From contig NIVC01000067.1 of the NCBI GenBank assembly GCA_002269645.1, positions 868,001 to 932,000 of the forward strand: a DNA stretch of 64,000 nt, read 5' to 3'. Position 1 is the first letter of the stretch. Each line of letters opens with the position of its first letter. This stretch comes from Macrostomum lignano (taxonomy: Eukaryota). The translations under genes and the position numbers were made by a program. Positions 64,000-64,000 of the stretch are shown here, in pieces. The notes under the pieces were generated by a model. The model was not told where the DNA came from and did no database searches. It saw nothing but the letters and a program-made list of their open reading frames with translations.

Positions 64000-64000
64000 T

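Overview
Eukaryotic, intron-rich and extremely repeat-dense genomic DNA. GC-rich exons sit among minisatellites and microsatellites; the style resembles the flatworm Macrostomum, but this is an inference, not an identification. Genes assembled by hand from GT-AG junctions and reading phase are: (1) the 5' part of a minus-strand LRRC74-like RNI-type LRR gene (exons ~3270 to 1); (2) an intronless aerolysin/ETX-MTX2 (LIN-24-like) beta-pore-forming protein (4924-5814, -); (3) an orphan 138-aa ORF; (4) an intronless 4-TM protein flanked by a long inverted repeat; (5) a plus-strand locus in which a symmetric phase 1-1 poly-Ala exon is tandemly amplified in ~642-bp units (18239-21561); (6) a complete 3-exon FAXDC2; (7) a ~21-kb minus-strand neuregulin/vein-like gene (signal peptide, Ig, EGF, TM, long tail; 58367 to 37224). 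Mobile DNA includes a defective Ty3/gypsy element (LTR, tRNA-His PBS, -1 frameshift site), a TA-flanked MITE, a double-hairpin element, a CORE-type tRNA SINE with a nested LINE fragment, and an RTE-clade LINE running off the right edge. About 30 unrelated tandem repeats account for most of the long ORFs in the supplied track. The most unusual items are the tandem cassette-exon array, the aerolysin-like protein, the inverted-repeat-flanked gene and a tRNA-derived 78-bp array inside the EGF-splitting intron.
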